Of a stretch of 64,000 nt of DNA, positions 60,105 to 64,000 are shown piece by piece. Made by a program: the position numbers and the translations under genes. The notes beneath the pieces are model-generated. The model made no database searches and was not told where the DNA came from. It saw nothing but the letters and a program-made list of their open reading frames with translations. The stretch is taken from NCBI GenBank assembly GCA_964658305.1, contig OZ210885.1, positions 17,360,001 through 17,424,000 on the forward strand. Reading direction: 5' to 3'. Source of the DNA: Leptogorgia sarmentosa (taxonomy: Eukaryota). The stretch's first letter is position 1; each line of letters opens with the position of its first letter.

Positions 60105-62284
60105 TTCATTGACAATCCCAACAATGTATTGCTTGCCTTTAATATTTTTATACACTGCCGTGTATAGGTTTGATATGAGAATTAGTCTTCAACTCAAACG
60201 GAACTGCATGTGAACTTCAAGTCCTTTTTTTCATTACCTATTCTATAGAAATTTATTTTCACATATGTTATTCAGAAAACACTGATATATCATACAATGT
60301 ATAGCTTGGCCTGGGGACCGAATCGTATCAATACGTTTTTTTACTTTGAACATTGATGTAATATGATGCGTTTCTGAGGAATGTGCATGTTAAATTTCAA
60401 GTCTTTTTCTCGCTTCATTATAGCCATAGATTTTTCATTTTGCAATATATATTATACATATTTCAATGACAATTCCGACGATGTATTGCTTGCCTTTGAT
60501 ATTTTTATACACTGCCGTGTTTTTGCCATTTTAAAGTAAAGGTTTGATATGAGAATTAGTCTTCAACTCAAACGGAACTGCATGTGAACTTCAAGTCCTT
60601 TTTTTCATTACCTATTCTAAAGAAATTTTTTATTTTCACATATGTTATTCAGAAAACACTGATATATCATACAATGTATAGCTTGGCCTGGGGACTGAAT
60701 CATATCAATGCGTTTTTTTACTTTGAACATTGATGTAATATGATGCGTTTCTGAGGAATGTGCATGTTAAATTTCAAGTCTTTTTCTCGCTTCATTATAG
60801 CCATAGATTTTTCATTTTGCAATATATATTATACATATTTCAACGACAATTCCGACGATGTATTGCTTGCCTTTAATACTTTTATACACTGCCGTGTTTT
60901 TGCCATTTTAAAGTAAAGGTGTGATATGAGAATTAGTCTGCAACTCAAACGGAAATGCATGTGAACTTCAAGTCCTTTTTTTCATTACCTATTCTATAGA
61001 AATTTTTTATTTTCACATATGTTATTCAGAAAACACTGATATATCATACAATGTATAGCTTGGCCTGGGGACCGAATCGTATCAATGTGTTTTTTTGGAC
61101 TTGAAAGGACTTGAAGTTCACATGCAGTTCCGTTTGAGTTGAAGACTAATTCTCATATCAAACCTATACACGGCAGTGTATAAAAATATTAAAGGCAAGC
61201 AATACATTGTTGGAATTATCGTTGAAATATGTATAATATATTGCAAAATGAAAAATCTATGGCTAGAATGAAGCGAGAAAATGACTTGAAATTTAACATG
61301 CACATTCCTCAGAAACGCATCATATTACATCAATGTTCAAAGTAAAAAAACGCGTTGATATGATTCGGTCCCCAGGCCAAGCTATACATTGTATGATATA
61401 TCAGTGTTTTCTGAATAACATATGTGAAAATAAAAAAATTCTATAGAATAGGTAATGAAAAAAAGGACTTGAAGTTCACATGCATTTCCGTTTGAGTTGC
61501 AGACTAATTCTCATATCAAACCTTTACTTTAAACTGGCAAAAACACGGCAGTGTATAAAAATATTAAAGGCAGGCAATACATTGTCGGAATTATCATTGA
61601 AATATGTATAATATATTGCAAAATGAAAAATCTATGGCTATAATGAAGCGAGAAAAAGACTTGAAATTTAACATGCACATTCCTCAGAAACGCATCATAT
61701 TACATCAATGTTCAAAGTAAAAAAACGCATTGATATGATTTGGTCCCCAGGCCAAGCTATACATTGTATGATATATCTGTGTTTTCTGAATAACATATGT
61801 GAAAATAAAAAATTTCTATAGAATAGGTAATGAAAAAAAGGACTTGAAGTTCACATGCATTTCCGTTTGAGTTGCAGACTAATTCTCATATCAAACCTTT
61901 ACTTTAAAATGGCAAAAACACGGCAGTGTATAAAAATATTAAAGGCAAGCAATACATTGTCGGAATTATCGTTGAAATACGTAAAATATATTGCAAAATG
62001 AAAAATCTATGGCTAGAATGAAGCGAGAAAAAGACTTGAAATTTAACATGCACATTCCTCAGAAACGCATCATATTACATCAATGTTCAAAGTAAAAAAA
62101 CGCATTGATATGATTCGGTCCCCAGGCCAAGCTATACATTGTATGATATATCAGTGTTTTCTGAATAACATATGTGAAAATAAAAAATTTCTATAGAATA
62201 GGTAATGAAAAAAAGGACTTGAAGTTCACATGCAGTTCCGTTTGAGTTGAAGACTAATTCTCATATCAAACCTATACACGGCAG
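60105..62284. repeat. Satellite, 357-377-bp monomer, with orientation switch at ~61097-61106
   Basis: Forward copies anchored at 60125, 60482, 60859; reverse copies anchored at 61107, 61465, 61840, 62215. Confidence 0.95.
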
Positions 62285-62297
62285 AGATAATCTAATT

Positions 62298-62385
62298 GTC
62301 GCGGGTTTTATTCGCGGGTCGCGGGTAAAGGTCGCGGGTAAAGGTCGCGGGTTTTTTTCGCGGGTCGCAAAATTTTTCGTGGGTC
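62298..62385. repeat. TCGCGGG(T) subterminal-type repeat cluster
   Basis: About 7 copies of TCGCGGG/TCGTGGG immediately after the satellite; probably the end of a DNA transposon. Confidence 0.6.
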
Positions 62386-62625
62386 AGCGAATTCTTGTAC
62401 CGGATCTAATTTCATGCCGTCTATTTTGTCCGGGGGGTGTGTGTGACATTTTTTATTCAACAGTTGTTTTGATCGATGGAGTACGCTAGTACGCCTGGAA
62501 ATTAAGAAAGAATATACCATTTTTGATATGCGGAATATATATCGAGGTCGAGGTAAGCTAAACTCAATAACATTGATATAATAATGACATAGATTTTCAC
62601 ATTGTACTCTTTATGATCTATGATA

Positions 62626-62987
62626 AATAAACCTTTCCCCTTTAAGACAAACTTTTGAACTGTGGGAGTTCATCACTATAGCTGTAATTTAGAGCATCAT
62701 TAACTTAATGAAATTGGCGACTTTGGTTGGGAAATAACGTAAATTGTGGAAACTACAGTCATTTAAAGTTTGCGAATTTTGTATTATTTTGTATTACGCA
62801 CGGCTAAGTGTAATCGGATTTCGAAGTTGATTATCAGTTATCACTCTGTATTTCACAGTTGACGATATTTTGTCACCAAACTTCACAGTTCTACTAAATG
62901 TACGATGCTCTTTTCAACTGTCCTAATAATACCCAGCAATATTTATTATATCCATTCAAAATTCGTCCTAAAGGGGAAAGGTCTATT
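62626..62987. mobile_element. MITE-like element with ~33-bp TIRs
   Basis: AATAAACCTTTCCCCTTTAAGACAAACTTTTGAA vs reverse complement AATAGACCTTTCCCCTTTAGGACGAATTTTGAA. No clear TSD. Confidence 0.75.
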
Positions 62988-63774
62988 GGTAAATATGACA
63001 CTATTAATTTACATTTCTGTTACAGTTGGTAATACTAGCCTTTGCATAGTTTGCACGAAACCTCTTTACTTTAAACCATCCTGATGCTAGCAACTAGCTA
63101 CAGTATGTCTTGCGGCAGGGTAATTTGAAATGTCATTCGACATTAGACAAATTGCAGCTTGCATTGCAGATTATTACCAAACAAAATCCATCTAACTATT
63201 ATAACAGATATTTTTACATTAGAAATTTAAAAATAGAAATTTAAAGCATGTCTGACACTTGACTTGTCTGAAAGACTAAAACCTGTTGCTTCTTTGTTCC
63301 CTGTGGTGGGAAACATATGTCACTAATAGAGACAGTGGAATAGAATAGTTGCAGGGTTTGAATATTGAATGTTTTGGTGCATTATTTTAAATAACCCAGC
63401 GTGACCTATGTAGCTGCCCTTACTATACTACAAAAACATAATAACTATACTGTATGTGTTACAATATTTTGCAGTAATAAAAAACTGTGACTTGTAAATA
63501 CAAGTTCAACACATAGGTACAACGTCTCAGAATCGTCCAAGACAAAACCTGTAATATTAGTGCCCATTCTTGCAGTAAATCTTAGCACAAATATTACTAG
63601 TAAAATTGTATGCTATAGCACTGTGTAGACCAAAATGATTTTTGCTCCAGTTAGGACATAAATTAGCATATGGTGGGATATTTTTTCTTCATATATTAAT
63701 AAGATGCCCCTATTTCAAAAAAAAGTGTCTGTGGTGGTCATAGGTTAGGTTTAGTGCATACCTATCACATTTTT

Positions 63775-63896
63775 GGGGCTGTTCCTATTTTCAGTTTATC
63801 ATTATCATTTGTATTGTGATCCAAACCAAAATTATAATCCCAATCCCAATTGTAACCATAATCCTAGTTCTAGATATCTGAAATAGTAACAGCCCC
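63775..63896. mobile_element. Small MITE-like element (GGGGCTGTT TIRs, degenerate telomere-like core)
   Basis: GGGGCTGTTCCTATTTTCAG 63775-63794 vs CTGAAATAGTAACAGCCCC 63878-63896. Confidence 0.55.
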
Positions 63897-64000
63897 TAAA
63901 TCACTCATATTAATGGGTACATACCCACTGTTTTTAATCTTATCGTTATTTCCTATTCTGTGCTTCAAGCATTACATTTGAGAAAACTTATCTGCTGTAG

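Overview
This is AT-rich eukaryotic (animal) DNA with spliceosomal introns. The transposon repertoire suggests a marine invertebrate such as a cnidarian (inference only). Almost the whole window is a stack of nested transposable elements, and most boundaries can be resolved from TSDs, LTRs or TIRs. Left half: the 5' end of a BEL/Pao element; an ISL2EU-like SWIM/YqaJ relic split by a full BEL element and a solo LTR; a 2A-peptide LINE split by an AcademX element that itself carries a Copia; a 1.1-kb inverted duplication bracketing that block; and a Helentron/HINE end. Right half: a G2E3-like HECT gene spread over about 26 kb by three insertions. These are a hAT shell holding a BEL element, a second BEL holding an apparently intact AcademH (961-aa transposase plus 626-aa RecQ helicase, 80-bp TIRs, 9-bp TSD), and a 3-kb TIR element with a 5-bp TSD whose cargo is a spliced EXO1-like nuclease gene. 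These are followed by a DIRS1 retrotransposon with complete termini, a fold-back ~375-bp satellite and small MITEs. No clearly intact host gene is seen. The most unusual items are the EXO1-carrying TIR element, the HECT gene with possible element-like ends, the intact AcademH and the shared minus-strand orientation of all LTR retroelements.
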